A stretch of DNA of 64,000 bases, from assembly GCA_965261545.1 (NCBI GenBank), contig CBDHDF010000002.1, forward strand, positions 352,001 through 416,000, read 5' to 3'. Under the pieces are notes generated by a model that did not search any database, was not told the origin of the DNA, and saw only the letters and a list, made by a program, of their open reading frames with translations. Source of the DNA: Bdellovibrionales bacterium. GTDB lineage: Bacteria > Bdellovibrionota > Bdellovibrionia > Bdellovibrionales > UBA1609. Position 1 is the stretch's first letter. Every line of letters begins with the position of its first letter. This document shows positions 23,270 to 34,574 of this stretch, piece by piece. The translations under genes and the position numbers were made by a program.

Positions 23270-24686
23270 CAATGCCGTTTCCTTAAGCCACCACACCCCT
23301 CTGCCTCTGCGTTAAGCTATTTCTTTTAAAAGAACTCCCAGCCCTTTTGATAGACCTTTCATAGCTTCTTTTGAAGTGCCTCCTCTTCTCCATTGAAATC
23401 TTCATCAGCAACTTTATCTGCTTCCTAAATTTCTGATAGAGCCCCGCAACAAAAAGGGGGATGCTATCCATTATGAAATCAAGAATCAGTTTAAAGTTAG
23501 GTTTTTTGTAGTCATTTTTTACCAACTGATTCACACTGTCTTCATCCTCATTTATGCTCATTTGAATCTTTGTATAATTGAAGAGCCAAAAATAAGAATA
23601 CAGCTCTTGCAATATTCCATTAAGGCTTGTTGAGTGCCACTGCTCCATTTTCATTGTCGATGTAAAATCACGAAATGTCGTTTCTATTTCCCAACGACGA
23701 GAGTAAAGAGCAACCATATCCTTCTTGTCCAAGGAGCCATGCGGAAGATTAGTGGCCAAAACAGAGAACTCCCCAGTCTTTGGGTTTTTATACTTATAGA
23801 GATGAATGACCACCCCCTCAATAACCATTTGTGAATACCAACCTGGGCCATTAAATAAATTTACGATGGGGATAAAAGTAGAGCCTCGCTTACAACGCGC
23901 AATAAAGAAGTTACTGGCTTGAGCATGGGCCTTAATAATCTCTGTAGATAAATAAAGCCTATCGTAGAGAGTTATGCTATTACTCTCAAAACTACCTATC
24001 ATTTGAATAGCATTGGCGATTTCGTTGAGAGCGGGAGAAAAGCAAAGATTCTTTGTCACACCCGATAAAACGTCATAAGCATGAGATAGATACATACGTA
24101 AGAAATGAGTTTCCATCTCATTTGGGCAAGGGTACCCACAATAACCCTCCTTTAAAAGATCTTTAGAGCGAGGAAGTGCTAATTGGTCGCCATCTATGGC
24201 ATAGATATAAAAACCATGAAACGTTTTTCTCAATGGTTCGTAGTCTGTAATCAGAGATTCAAAGATATCTTTGAAAAATAGGTAAGAAATACTTTGACGT
24301 ATCTTGCTGAGACTGCTTTTGACTGGCATGAGAAGCAGGTCACCAAAATGAGTCCATACCGTCTTAAGAGCGATTTGGTAGCCTTCGTAATTTGTTCCGG
24401 AAATAAGATAGATAATGGTAAAAAAGAAAATTTGAGGATTAAATTTTCGATTCCTTTTTTGTTTTTCTGGATCGACAAGGTGCTCTGGCTTGAAGGAAGA
24501 ATCAAGTTTTGGTAGAATAAAATGGTCATCTGTGACGCGAACTCGTCATTTGGGGGCTTTCGAGATCAATATTGGATTGCATGTGACTTACTCCTTGGTT
24601 GAGGGTTGGGTGTAAAATAAAACAAGTCTTATTCTTGTCGATTTATCTAATGATTTCAAGAGATTTTTCTTAAGGAAACGGCATTG
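23270..24686 (-). mobile_element. IS4-family element, copy 2
   Basis: 18-bp TIR; TSD ATTCAAGGGG; 1417 bp. Confidence 0.94.
23283..24329 (-). CDS. IS4-family transposase
   Basis: Near-identical to copy 1. Confidence 0.88.
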   Translation of the reverse strand: MPVKSSLSKIRQSISYLFFKDIFESLITDYEPLRKTFHGFYIYAIDGDQLALPRSKDLLKEGYCGYPCPNEMETHFLRMYLSHAYDVLSGVTKNLCFSPALNEIANAIQMIGSFESNSITLYDRLYLSTEIIKAHAQASNFFIARCKRGSTFIPIVNLFNGPGWYSQMVIEGVVIHLYKYKNPKTGEFSVLATNLPHGSLDKKDMVALYSRRWEIETTFRDFTSTMKMEQWHSTSLNGILQELYSYFWLFNYTKIQMSINEDEDSVNQLVKNDYKKPNFKLILDFIMDSIPLFVAGLYQKFRKQIKLLMKISMEKRRHFKRSYERSIKRAGSSFKRNSLTQRQRGVVA

Positions 24687-24849
24687 ATTCAAGGGGGCAG
24701 GGAGTTTACAGAGAGAGATTTATATTTTCTCTGGTAAGAAGGAGCAATTTACCTCTTGAACTCTGCGACCCCCATGAATGTTGCTCATGAGCAGCTTGCC
24801 TTTTTGGGCTTGTCGTTGTGTCGGAAAAGAGTTGTTCTCAGGATTTTGT

Positions 24850-26738
24850 GGGACTGTAAAAATAATTGTGTAACTGCAATTTTTTTCTTAAATCTTAAAG
24901 CCACTTATGTGGCTCCACTCCTGGTAAAAAGCACAGTCCCATATTATTCGTCAATGTATAATTGACATTTTTTCCTTCAAGCGATTTTGTCAGTCACAAT
25001 GCATTATAAGTTAATGGGGAGGTGGACATCTTCGCTGGTCTATATAATTGGCCTCTTTAGTTACTCTGGACTTTTGATTGTATTATGGAGCCGTAATGGG
25101 ATCATATCAGAACTGGAAAGAACTCAAATAAATAATTATCATCTTGGTTGAAAAAAAATCAGCAATGGCTCTCTCAAAAAAATGGAAATTCCAATCTCAT
25201 CAAAGGGTTCATGTGTTTAGGTTCCCATACTATATTACCCCCTTTTTTTTATTTTTTTTAACTTAGGATATTCGAGAAATACCAGAATTGGGATGAAATA
25301 TGAAAAAAAATGGGAACCCAAATCTGCACCAAGAGGGCATGTATTTAGGTTCCCATACTATATTACCCTAACCATAGTCTCGGTATTCCAGTACTTCTGT
25401 CAACGCCTTAGAGGGGCTTTTAAGCCCCCTTATAAGGCAGGTGGTGGACCTTATTAAAAAACTTAGTTGTCAAAACGGTCACCGTATTCAATGGCAAACC
25501 TGTTCATGGCTGGCTTCCAGTTGTGTAATGGTCGTGTCCATCGCTTAGAGGCCATTTTTATCGCTAAATATACAACTTTTAAAGCCGACCGATCACTGGG
25601 AAATATCTTACGATTTCTGATCGCCTTGCGGATCACGCTATTTAACGACTCTATGGCGTTTGTGGTATAAAAAATCTTTCTGATTTCATCCGGATAATCG
25701 AAAATAGTGATGAGATTGTCCCAATTCCTACGCCAAGACTTTTCAATATTCGGATACTTTGAAGACCACTTGGTACAAAATTCCTCAAGGGCCTTTTCAG
25801 CTTCTGTCAGAGTCGTAGAGCCATAAATGGACTTGAGGTCTTGGGCGACAGCTTTCATATCCTTGGAAGGGACATAGCGAAGGGAATTGCGGACCATATG
25901 GACAATGCACAGTTGTACTTTAGACTTGGGAAAAGCCGCTGAAATGGCTTGAGGAAAACCTGTAAGACCATCTACAGAAAATATAAATACGTCTTTCAAC
26001 CCTCGATTTTGCAGCTCAGTCAAAACACTCAACCAAAACTTTGAACCCTCATTTTCAGAAATCCATAGGCCCAACAAGTCTTTCTGACCCTCCTCTGTAA
26101 TACCAAGAGCTAGGTAAATCGCCTTATTAATAACTCTCTTGTCTTGATGGACCTTCACCACGATACAGTCCAAAAATACGATAGGGTAAGTGCTATCCAA
26201 GGGGCGGTTCTGCCAAGCCGTAACTTCATCAATAACAGCATCCGTCACGTTGGCTATCACTGAGTGGGATATCTCTGCACCATGGTAGAGGTCTTTGATA
26301 GCTCCTTGAATATCCCTGGTCGTCATTCCCCTCGCATAGAGGGTCAGGATACTGTCTTCAAAGCCCTCAAGACGAGTCTTACCCTTGGGAATGACTTGGG
26401 GCTCAAAGGAGGCACTTCGGTCACGGGGGACCTGAAGCTCCACCTCGCCTTTCTCTCCCTTTATGGTCTTTCTACTGTAACCATTGCGAGTGTTGGATTT
26501 GCGGGTCTCAGACTTCTCATGCCTCTCATAACCTAGGTGATCGTCCATTTCCGCATTAAGAGCTGTCTCTAAAACAACCTTCATCAGTTGACCCGTTATG
26601 TCGGATAAATCCTTTTGGGTCTTGACGTTCTTCGCTAGTTCCTTGCCTATTGTCTTGATATCCATTTTGCCTTCTCCTTTCAGGATGATAGTTCATCCTA
26701 ATATGATTCGGCAGTTACACAAAATAGTTTACAGGCTC
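24850..26738 (-). mobile_element. IS256-family element, copy 1 (intact, intron-free)
   Basis: TIRs GGGACTGTAAAAATAATTGTGTAACTGC and GAGCCTGTAAACTATTTTGTGTAACTGC; 8-bp TSD GATTTTGT. Confidence 0.94.
25463..26665 (-). CDS. IS256-family (Mutator-type) transposase, 400 aa
   Basis: RNGY, VPRDR, YARGMTTRDI, QLCIVH and YTTNAIESLN motifs. Confidence 0.95.
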   Translation of the reverse strand: MDIKTIGKELAKNVKTQKDLSDITGQLMKVVLETALNAEMDDHLGYERHEKSETRKSNTRNGYSRKTIKGEKGEVELQVPRDRSASFEPQVIPKGKTRLEGFEDSILTLYARGMTTRDIQGAIKDLYHGAEISHSVIANVTDAVIDEVTAWQNRPLDSTYPIVFLDCIVVKVHQDKRVINKAIYLALGITEEGQKDLLGLWISENEGSKFWLSVLTELQNRGLKDVFIFSVDGLTGFPQAISAAFPKSKVQLCIVHMVRNSLRYVPSKDMKAVAQDLKSIYGSTTLTEAEKALEEFCTKWSSKYPNIEKSWRRNWDNLITIFDYPDEIRKIFYTTNAIESLNSVIRKAIRNRKIFPSDRSALKVVYLAIKMASKRWTRPLHNWKPAMNRFAIEYGDRFDN

Positions 26739-26805
26739 GATTTTGTGTTTTTGACTTTTTTACGCAGCTTTTCCACGTCTTTGGAAGTGAGTCTAGTACA
26801 TAGAC

Positions 26806-28222
26806 CAATGCCGTTTCCTTAAGAAAAATCTCTTGAAATCATTAGACAAATCGACAAGAATAAGACTTGTTTTATTTTACACCCAACCCTCAACCAAGGA
26901 GTAAGTCACATGCAATCCAATATTGATCTCGAAAGCCCCCAAATGACGAGTTCGCGTCACAGATGACCATTTTATTCTACCAAAACTTGATTCTTCCTTC
27001 AAGCCAGAGCACCTTGTCGATCCAGAAAAACAAAAAAGGAATCGAAAATTTAATCCTCAAATTTTCTTTTTTACCATTATCTATCTTATTTCAGGAACAA
27101 ATTACGAAGGCTACCAAATCGCTCTTAAGACGGTATGGACTCATTTTGGTGACCTGCTTCTCATGCCAGTCAAAAGCAGTCTCAGCAAGATACGTCAAAG
27201 TATTTCTTACCTATTTTTCAAAGATATCTTTGAATCTCTGATTACAGACTACGAACCATTGAGAAAAACGTTTCATGGTTTTTATATCTATGCCATAGAT
27301 GGCGACCAATTAGCACTTCCTCGCTCTAAAGATCTTTTAAAGGAGGGTTATTGTGGGTACCCTTGCCCAAATGAGATGGAAACTCATTTCTTACGTATGT
27401 ATCTATCTCATGCTTATGACGTTTTATCGGGTGTGACAAAGAATCTTTGCTTTTCTCCCGCTCTCAACGAAATCGCCAATGCTATTCAAATGATAGGTAG
27501 TTTTGAGAGTAATAGCATAACTCTCTACGATAGGCTTTATTTATCTACAGAGATTATTAAGGCCCATGCTCAAGCCAGTAACTTCTTTATTGCGCGTTGT
27601 AAGCGAGGCTCTACTTTTATCCCCATCGTAAATTTATTTAATGGCCCAGGTTGGTATTCACAAATGGTTATTGAGGGGGTGGTCATTCATCTCTATAAGT
27701 ATAAAAACCCAAAGACTGGGGAGTTCTCTGTTTTGGCCACTAATCTTCCGCATGGCTCCTTGGACAAGAAGGATATGGTTGCTCTTTACTCTCGTCGTTG
27801 GGAAATAGAAACGACATTTCGTGATTTTACATCGACAATGAAAATGGAGCAGTGGCACTCAACAAGCCTTAATGGAATATTGCAAGAGCTGTATTCTTAT
27901 TTTTGGCTCTTCAATTATACAAAGATTCAAATGAGCATAAATGAGGATGAAGACAGTGTGAATCAGTTGGTGAAAAATGACTACAAAAAACCTAACTTTA
28001 AACTGATTCTTGATTTCATAATGGATAGCATCCCTCTTTTTGTTGCGGGGCTCTATCAGAAATTTAGGAAGCAGATAAAGTTGCTGATGAAGATTTCAAT
28101 GGAGAAGAGGAGGCACTTCAAAAGAAGCTATGAAAGGTCTATCAAAAGGGCTGGGAGTTCTTTTAAAAGAAATAGCTTAACGCAGAGGCAGAGGGGTGTG
28201 GTGGCTTAAGGAAACGGCATTG
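26806..28222 (+). mobile_element. IS4-family element, copy 3
   Basis: 18-bp TIR; TSD GTACATAGAC. Confidence 0.94.
27163..28209 (+). CDS. IS4-family transposase
   Basis: As copy 1. Confidence 0.88.
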   Translation: MPVKSSLSKIRQSISYLFFKDIFESLITDYEPLRKTFHGFYIYAIDGDQLALPRSKDLLKEGYCGYPCPNEMETHFLRMYLSHAYDVLSGVTKNLCFSPALNEIANAIQMIGSFESNSITLYDRLYLSTEIIKAHAQASNFFIARCKRGSTFIPIVNLFNGPGWYSQMVIEGVVIHLYKYKNPKTGEFSVLATNLPHGSLDKKDMVALYSRRWEIETTFRDFTSTMKMEQWHSTSLNGILQELYSYFWLFNYTKIQMSINEDEDSVNQLVKNDYKKPNFKLILDFIMDSIPLFVAGLYQKFRKQIKLLMKISMEKRRHFKRSYERSIKRAGSSFKRNSLTQRQRGVVA

Positions 28223-30108
28223 GTACATAGACAAATCGCTTCTACCTCAAAGCCATTTTGAATCATTCGTAATGCCATCTCTTCACGACCCTCTTCACGA
28301 CCCTCTTCACGACCCTCTTCACGACCCTCTTCACGACCCTTTTCAAGACCCTTCTTAAGGCCCTTTTCCTCAGCTTCATCCAAAGAACATTGCAATGCTG
28401 ACATAACTCTTTGATCCTCCTCGATACTTTCTTTTTCAATCTTACTGAGCACACTTAGCGTGAAATTTGAATCGTTTCGGTGGATATAATCCACCGCCTT
28501 TTGAATAAGGAACTTTTGATCCTTCTCACCCAAGTTTGTACCCATCTGAAACAACTCCACAATGGTCTCATGGCGAAGCTTCCAGATACTACTCATTATA
28601 AGAAAAATCGGCCTAGAAAGCAAATTCCTGCCAACTCCACGGTAAAGGTTTATATCATGGATATTCAACAACTTACAACGAAAATTGAGGATATTCTTCC
28701 CAAATTTTTGTCTTAAAACGGGAGTGAGCCCATCCAGAGAATCTTGAAAATTCAGGGGGCCTCTCCAGTGTTTTTGTCGTCCGTGATAGACCAGTATGGG
28801 AATGACTGGGTAATTCCAACGATTGTAAACAAGAGTCTGGTACCTCAGAATCTGCTGGAGTACTTGAGAATCCTGATGACTTTTGTGTTCGAGCAGAAAA
28901 AAAAGACGCACTCGTTTTTTGGACCCCTTGACTTGAACTGAGAATAAAAGGTCAATACGCCGCTCATTGCCCTCTTCATCTGTAAAGACAGTTATTTCTG
29001 GTTTGAGAGTTTTCCAGTTAAAGAGCTTAAACTCCTGTGTCGTCAAGACAAGACGGAAAATGTCTAGGCAATATCTCTCATTCAGGAAAGTTTCATTGAA
29101 TAGAGCATTATGGGCCTGAGACTGTTGTTTTCTTTTTTCTGAGGTTTTCTTTGGCAACAATGTCAGTCTTTCAAGTGAAGAGGGTTTAAGATGGGGTGGT
29201 TTAAGAAGATTATGGACAAGTGTATGAGTATGAGCAAGTGAGCGGAGTTATCTGTTCATAAATCATCAAGACAAGATAAAAGGGGGTGGGTTCTCCGGTC
29301 AAGTCAGATCAAGTCAGAAAGTGGATTGGGGATGGTACCTCTAGTGAAATTACATCCCATGATGACAGCGATATCACTCATACCTAGCCGATTCAGGAGA
29401 CCATACCGTCATTATTTGGGGGGAGCTTGAGGCTTGGTATTTCAACAACAACATAGAAAAAGTGTGAGTTCTGACTGGATATAAAATTTACTTGCAAGGC
29501 ACTGTCGAGGCTCATGCCCTTTTACCTATATTTTTATATCCAGTCAGAACTCACGAAAAAGTTTCAGATTTGAATTTTTACAAGATTTATAATTCCCGTG
29601 AGGTGGATGTGATTATCAAGATCAACTCCTCTTTCGTCCATGAGATTTTCCACCCCACTCTCAATAAAGAAGCTTATGGAGCCTTTTACAGTGAGGAGTC
29701 TGTGAATACAGCGATTTACTGAGCCCTTTATACAGGAGAGCGCTCCGCTTGAAGAGTTATGGGAACGACAAGGACCATAAGAGCCAAAAGAACAGAAAGA
29801 AAAGACTGGAGGAGATTCTAAAAAAGGCGTCTTGTGATGAGAAAACAAAGTACCGCCATTTTCCATGTGCCTTCTTGGTCAAAAAATATAAGTCGGCCCT
29901 TAAGAATATAAATAGCTCTGTGGTCCGAAAGCGTCTGCAGTCTTATTCCATTTTGAGAGATGAGGGACTGATTCCCAAGGATATCAGCTTTATTCAAAAG
30001 GCCATGGAAAATTTGCCCCCCATTGAGAAGAAGAAAGCGGTTTTGCCCGTGGCCAATATGGTTGTCATGGAGCTTGTCAAAGAGGGGGAGTTTGACCTTG
30101 CCAAGACT

Positions 30109-31519
30109 CAATGCCGTTTCCTTAAGAAAAATCTCTTGAAATCATTAGATAAATCGACAAGAATAAGACTTGTTTTATTTTACACCCAACCCTCAACCAA
30201 GGAGTAAGTCACATGCAATCCAATATTGATCTCGAAAGCCCCCAAATGACGAGTTCGCGTCACAGATGACCATTTTATTCTACCAAAACTTGATTCTTCC
30301 TTCAAGCCAGAGCACCTTGTCGATCCAGAAAAACAAAAAAGGAATCGAAAATTTAATCCTCAAATTTTCTTTTTTACCATTATCTATCTTATTTCAGGAA
30401 CAAATTACGAAGGCTACCAAATCGCTCTTAAGACGGTATGGACTCATTTTGGTGACCTGCTTCTCATGCCAGTCAAAAGCAGTCTCAGCAAGATACGTCA
30501 AAGTATTTCTTACCTATTTTTCAAAGATATCTTTGAATCTCTGATTACAGACTACGAACCATTGAGAAAAACGTTTCATGGTTTTTATATCTATGCCATA
30601 GATGGCGACCAATTAGCACTTCCTCGCTCTAAAGATCTTTTAAAGGAGGGTTATTGTGGGTACCCTTGCCCAAATGAGATGGAAACTCATTTCTTACGTA
30701 TGTATCTATCTCATGCTTATGACGTTTTATCGGGTGTGACAAAGAATCTTTGCTTTTCTCCCGCTCTCAACGAAATCGCCAATGCTATTCAAATGATAGG
30801 TAGTTTTGAGAGTAATAGCATAACTCTCTACGATAGGCTTTATTTATCTACAGAGATTATTAAGGCCCATGCTCAAGCCAGTAACTTCTTTATTGCGCGT
30901 TGTAAGCGAGGCTCTACTTTTATCCCCATCGTAAATTTATTTAATGGCCCAGGTTGGTATTCACAAATGGTTATTGAGGGGGTGGTCATTCATCTCTATA
31001 AGTATAAAAACCCAAAGACTGGGGAGTTCTCTGTTTTGGCCACTAATCTTCCGCATGGCTCCTTGGACAAGAAGGATATGGTTGCTCTTTACTCTCGTCG
31101 TTGGGAAATAGAAACGACATTTCGTGATTTTACATCGACAATGAAAATGGAGCAGTGGCACTCAACAAGCCTTAATGGAATATTGCAAGAGCTGTATTCT
31201 TATTTTTGGCTCTTCAATTATACAAAGATTCAAATGAGCATAAATGAGGATGAAGACAGTGTGAATCAGTTGGTGAAAAATGACTACAAAAAACCTAACT
31301 TTAAACTGATTCTTGATTTCATAATGGATAGCATCCCTCTTTTTGTTGCGGGGCTCTATCAGAAATTTAGGAAGCAGATAAAGTTGCTGATGAAGATTTC
31401 AATGGAGAAGAGGAGGCACTTCAAAAGAAGCTATGAAAGGTCTATCAAAAGGGCTGGGAGTTCTTTTAAAAGAAATAGCTTAACGCAGAGGGGTGTGGTG
31501 GCTTAAGGAAACGGCATTG
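30109..31519 (+). mobile_element. IS4-family element, copy 4
   Basis: 18-bp TIR; TSD TGCCAAGACT; 6-bp in-frame deletion near the 3' end. Confidence 0.94.
30466..31506 (+). CDS. IS4-family transposase
   Basis: As copy 1. Confidence 0.88.
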   Translation: MPVKSSLSKIRQSISYLFFKDIFESLITDYEPLRKTFHGFYIYAIDGDQLALPRSKDLLKEGYCGYPCPNEMETHFLRMYLSHAYDVLSGVTKNLCFSPALNEIANAIQMIGSFESNSITLYDRLYLSTEIIKAHAQASNFFIARCKRGSTFIPIVNLFNGPGWYSQMVIEGVVIHLYKYKNPKTGEFSVLATNLPHGSLDKKDMVALYSRRWEIETTFRDFTSTMKMEQWHSTSLNGILQELYSYFWLFNYTKIQMSINEDEDSVNQLVKNDYKKPNFKLILDFIMDSIPLFVAGLYQKFRKQIKLLMKISMEKRRHFKRSYERSIKRAGSSFKRNSLTQRGVVA

Positions 31520-32013
31520 TGCCAAGACTTGGATCCACAAGCTTGAATCTGAGGGTTTTCTCACGCCCGATGAGTCCCAAGGAATCATCAAAGGACTGGA
31601 GCAGAATATCCAAAAGATTCAAGAGGTTCGGGAGATGATGGCTGCTTCGCCCGTATGATAACCCTTCTGGGGTGTAATTCATGGGGGCGCCTTGCTCCCC
31701 ACCCACGCCCATGAATGTTACCTTGGGGCATTGGGGACTTCGGGGGTGACCCATTCAACCGAAATAGACAGAGAAAGTCATGTAGGGGGCCATACACCTT
31801 CTTGGCTGATTGGCTCATTCAGTTTTACAATCTGATCCCTTCAAAAGATAACACCACACCTCCTTAGGAATTTGTGGAGATGGTGGGGGTGGTGGGTATG
31901 GGAGCGATTCTTGCATATGTGCTTGTGAGGAGATATAAGTTTTATTGAGGCCCTAAAATGGCCGATTTTAATCCATTCACCCGTTCATTTGATCATTCGA
32001 ATGAAGGCGATGA

Positions 32014-32832
32014 ATGAAGGAGGCGTCAATGCCAGATAGTGCTAAGAAAGTAGGTCCTGAAGTTGTGTGGAAGCTTATGGAGAAGGTCGCAAAATCCCAA
32101 GAAGAGACAGACCGTCATTTTAAAGAGATGTCCAAGGAGGCTGATCTCCAACGGCAGGAGGCTGATTTCCAACGGAAGGAGAGAGACCATCACTTCAAAA
32201 AGATGTCCAAGGAGGCCGATCTCCAAAGGAAGGAGACAGACCGTCATTTCAAAGAGATGTCCAAGGAGGCCGAACTTCAAAGGGAGGAAGCCAAACTTCA
32301 AAGGGAGAAGGCCGACCTTGAAAGGAAGGAGACAGATCGTTATTTGAAAGAAATATCCAAAAAGGCAGATATTCGCCATGCTCACTTGGAAAAAAGAACA
32401 AGAGAACTCAACGAATTGTTTACGGGACAATGGGGAAAACTGATAGAAAGCCTTGTTAAAGGTGACTTGGTAAGACTTCTCAATGAAAGAAATATCCAAG
32501 TGATGGGGCTTGCCCAGGAAAATTTTCGTAGGCGGAATGGAGAAGAATACGAGGTTGATATCATTGCAGTCAATGGGCGGGAGGTTGTTGTTGTGGAAGT
32601 AAAAACCACTTTAAAAAATCATCACCTTGACCATTTTATAGAAAAGCTCGGCATGTTTAAAGATATTTTTCCAGAGTACAAAGACAAGATAATTTACGGT
32701 GCCATAGCTTATTTGAAGGCCAATGAAGGGGCTCATAACAAGGCTGAAAAAAAAGGTCTTTTTGTAATCCGAGCTACCGGCAATAGTGCCACCATCACCA
32801 ATCAAAAAGAATTTTCTCCGAAGGTGTTCTAA
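32014..32832 (+). CDS. A7: coiled-coil PD-(D/E)XK-like protein
   Basis: Intact ORF. Confidence 0.88.
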   Translation: MKEASMPDSAKKVGPEVVWKLMEKVAKSQEETDRHFKEMSKEADLQRQEADFQRKERDHHFKKMSKEADLQRKETDRHFKEMSKEAELQREEAKLQREKADLERKETDRYLKEISKKADIRHAHLEKRTRELNELFTGQWGKLIESLVKGDLVRLLNERNIQVMGLAQENFRRRNGEEYEVDIIAVNGREVVVVEVKTTLKNHHLDHFIEKLGMFKDIFPEYKDKIIYGAIAYLKANEGAHNKAEKKGLFVIRATGNSATITNQKEFSPKVF

Positions 32833-33181
32833 GGCAAAAAGGACTTTGATACCTCGTTAAAGAAGCTTATGGAGCCTTTTACAGTGACGAGTCTGTAGAT
32901 ACAGCGAGTCTACTGAGCCCTTTGTACAGGAGAGTGCTCAACTTGAAGAGTCATGGGAACGACAAAGACTATAAAAGCCAAAAAAAAAGAAAGAAGAGGC
33001 TGGAGGAGATTCTTAAAAAGCGTCTTGTATTGGCTTTTTTGTAAACCTTGGTGTTTTTGAATGCTTTGTGGGCATAGAAGATGAGGTTAAAATGAAGATA
33101 ATGGACTTATTTTTGCCTGTGCCTTTGTTGTGTGATATTTGTGAAATGAAACCAATGGGTGAAGTCAAGTGAAGCCAATGA

Positions 33182-34225
33182 ATGATGGAGGTATCAATGT
33201 CAGATAGTGCTAAGAAAGTAGGTCCTGAAGTTGTGTGGAAGCTTATGGAGAAGGTAGCAAAATCCCAAGAAGAGACAAGTCTCCAACAGAAGGAGACAGA
33301 CCGTCATTTCAAAGAGATGTCCAAGGAGGCTGATCTCCAAAGGAAGGAGGCCGATCTCCAAAGGAAGGAGACAGACCATCACTTCAAAAAGATGTCCAAG
33401 GAGGCCGATCTCCAAAGGAAGGAGACAGACCATCACTTCAAAAAGATGTCCAAGGAGGCCGATCTCCAAAGGAAGGAGACAGACCATCACTTCAAAAAGA
33501 TGTCCAAGGAGGCCGAACTTCAAAGGGAGAAGGCCGACCTTGAAAGGAAGGAGACAGACCGTTATTTGAAAAAGATGTCCAAGGAGGCCGAACTTCAAAG
33601 GGAGAAGGCCGACCTTGAAAGGAAGGAGACAGACCGTCATTTCAAAGAGATGTCCAAGGAGGCCGAACTTCAAAGGGAGGAAGCCAAACTTCAAAGGGAG
33701 AAGGCCGACCTTGAAAGGAAGGAGACAGATCGTTATTTGAAAGAAATATCCAAAAAGGCAGATATTCGCCATGCTCACTTGGAAAAAAGAACAAGAGAAC
33801 TCAACGAATTGTTTACGGGACAATGGGGAAAACTGATAGAAAGCCTTGTTAAAGGTGACTTGGTAAGACTTCTCAATGAAAGAAATATCCAAGTGATGGG
33901 GCTTGCCCAGGAAAATTTTCGCAGGCGGAATGGAGAAGAATACGAGGTTGATATCATTGCAGTCAATGGGCGGGAGGTTGTTGTTGTGGAAGTAAAAACC
34001 ACTTTAAAAAATCAGCACCTTGACCATTTTATAGAAAAGCTCGGCATGTTTAAAGATATTTTTCCAGAGTACAAAGACAAGATAATTTACGGTGCCATAG
34101 CTTATTTGAAGGCCAATGAAGGGGCTCATAACAAGGCTGAAAAAAAAGGTCTTTTTGTAATCCGAGCTACCGGCAATAGTGCCACCATCACCAATCAAAA
34201 AGAATTTTCTCCGAAGGTGTTCTAA
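33182..34225 (+). CDS. A8: coiled-coil PD-(D/E)XK-like protein (longest copy)
   Basis: Intact ORF. Confidence 0.88.
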   Translation: MMEVSMSDSAKKVGPEVVWKLMEKVAKSQEETSLQQKETDRHFKEMSKEADLQRKEADLQRKETDHHFKKMSKEADLQRKETDHHFKKMSKEADLQRKETDHHFKKMSKEAELQREKADLERKETDRYLKKMSKEAELQREKADLERKETDRHFKEMSKEAELQREEAKLQREKADLERKETDRYLKEISKKADIRHAHLEKRTRELNELFTGQWGKLIESLVKGDLVRLLNERNIQVMGLAQENFRRRNGEEYEVDIIAVNGREVVVVEVKTTLKNQHLDHFIEKLGMFKDIFPEYKDKIIYGAIAYLKANEGAHNKAEKKGLFVIRATGNSATITNQKEFSPKVF

Positions 34226-34574
34226 GGCAAAAAGGACTTTGATACCTCGTTAAAGAAGCTTATGGAGCCTTTTACAGTGACGAGTCTGTAGATACAGCGA
34301 GTCTACTGAGCCCTTTGTACAGGAGAGTGCTCAACTTGAAGAGTCATGGGAACGACAAAGACTATAAAAGCCAAAAAAAAAGAAAGAAGAGGCTGGAGGA
34401 GATTCTTAAAAAGCGTCTTGTATTGGCTTTTTTGTAAACCTTGGTGTTTTTGAATGCTTTGTGGGCATAGAAGATGAGGTTAAAATGAAGATAATGGACT
34501 TATTTTTGCCTGTGCCTTTGTTGTGTGATATTTGTGAAATGAAACCAATGGGTGAAGTCAAGTGAAGCCAATGA

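Larger units (their letters stand above)
24838..29160 (-). pseudogene. B5: Rpn family gene whose 3' end is interrupted by IS4 and IS256 (ORF 28177-29160 keeps the nuclease domain)
   Basis: B sequence at 28223-29160, 26739-26805 and 24838-24849. Confidence 0.88.
29492..31658 (+). pseudogene. C5: hypothetical gene, frameshifted and interrupted by IS4 copy 4
   Basis: C sequence resumes at 31520 after the IS. Confidence 0.6.

Noticed and set aside
33200..33892. Long hydrophobic antisense ORFs (..LLPLEIGLLGHLF..) and basic alternative-frame ORFs over every A repeat region
   Set aside because: They are expected shadows of stop-free in-frame repeats rich in E/K/R codons; there is no independent RBS or family evidence, and starts are inconsistent between copies
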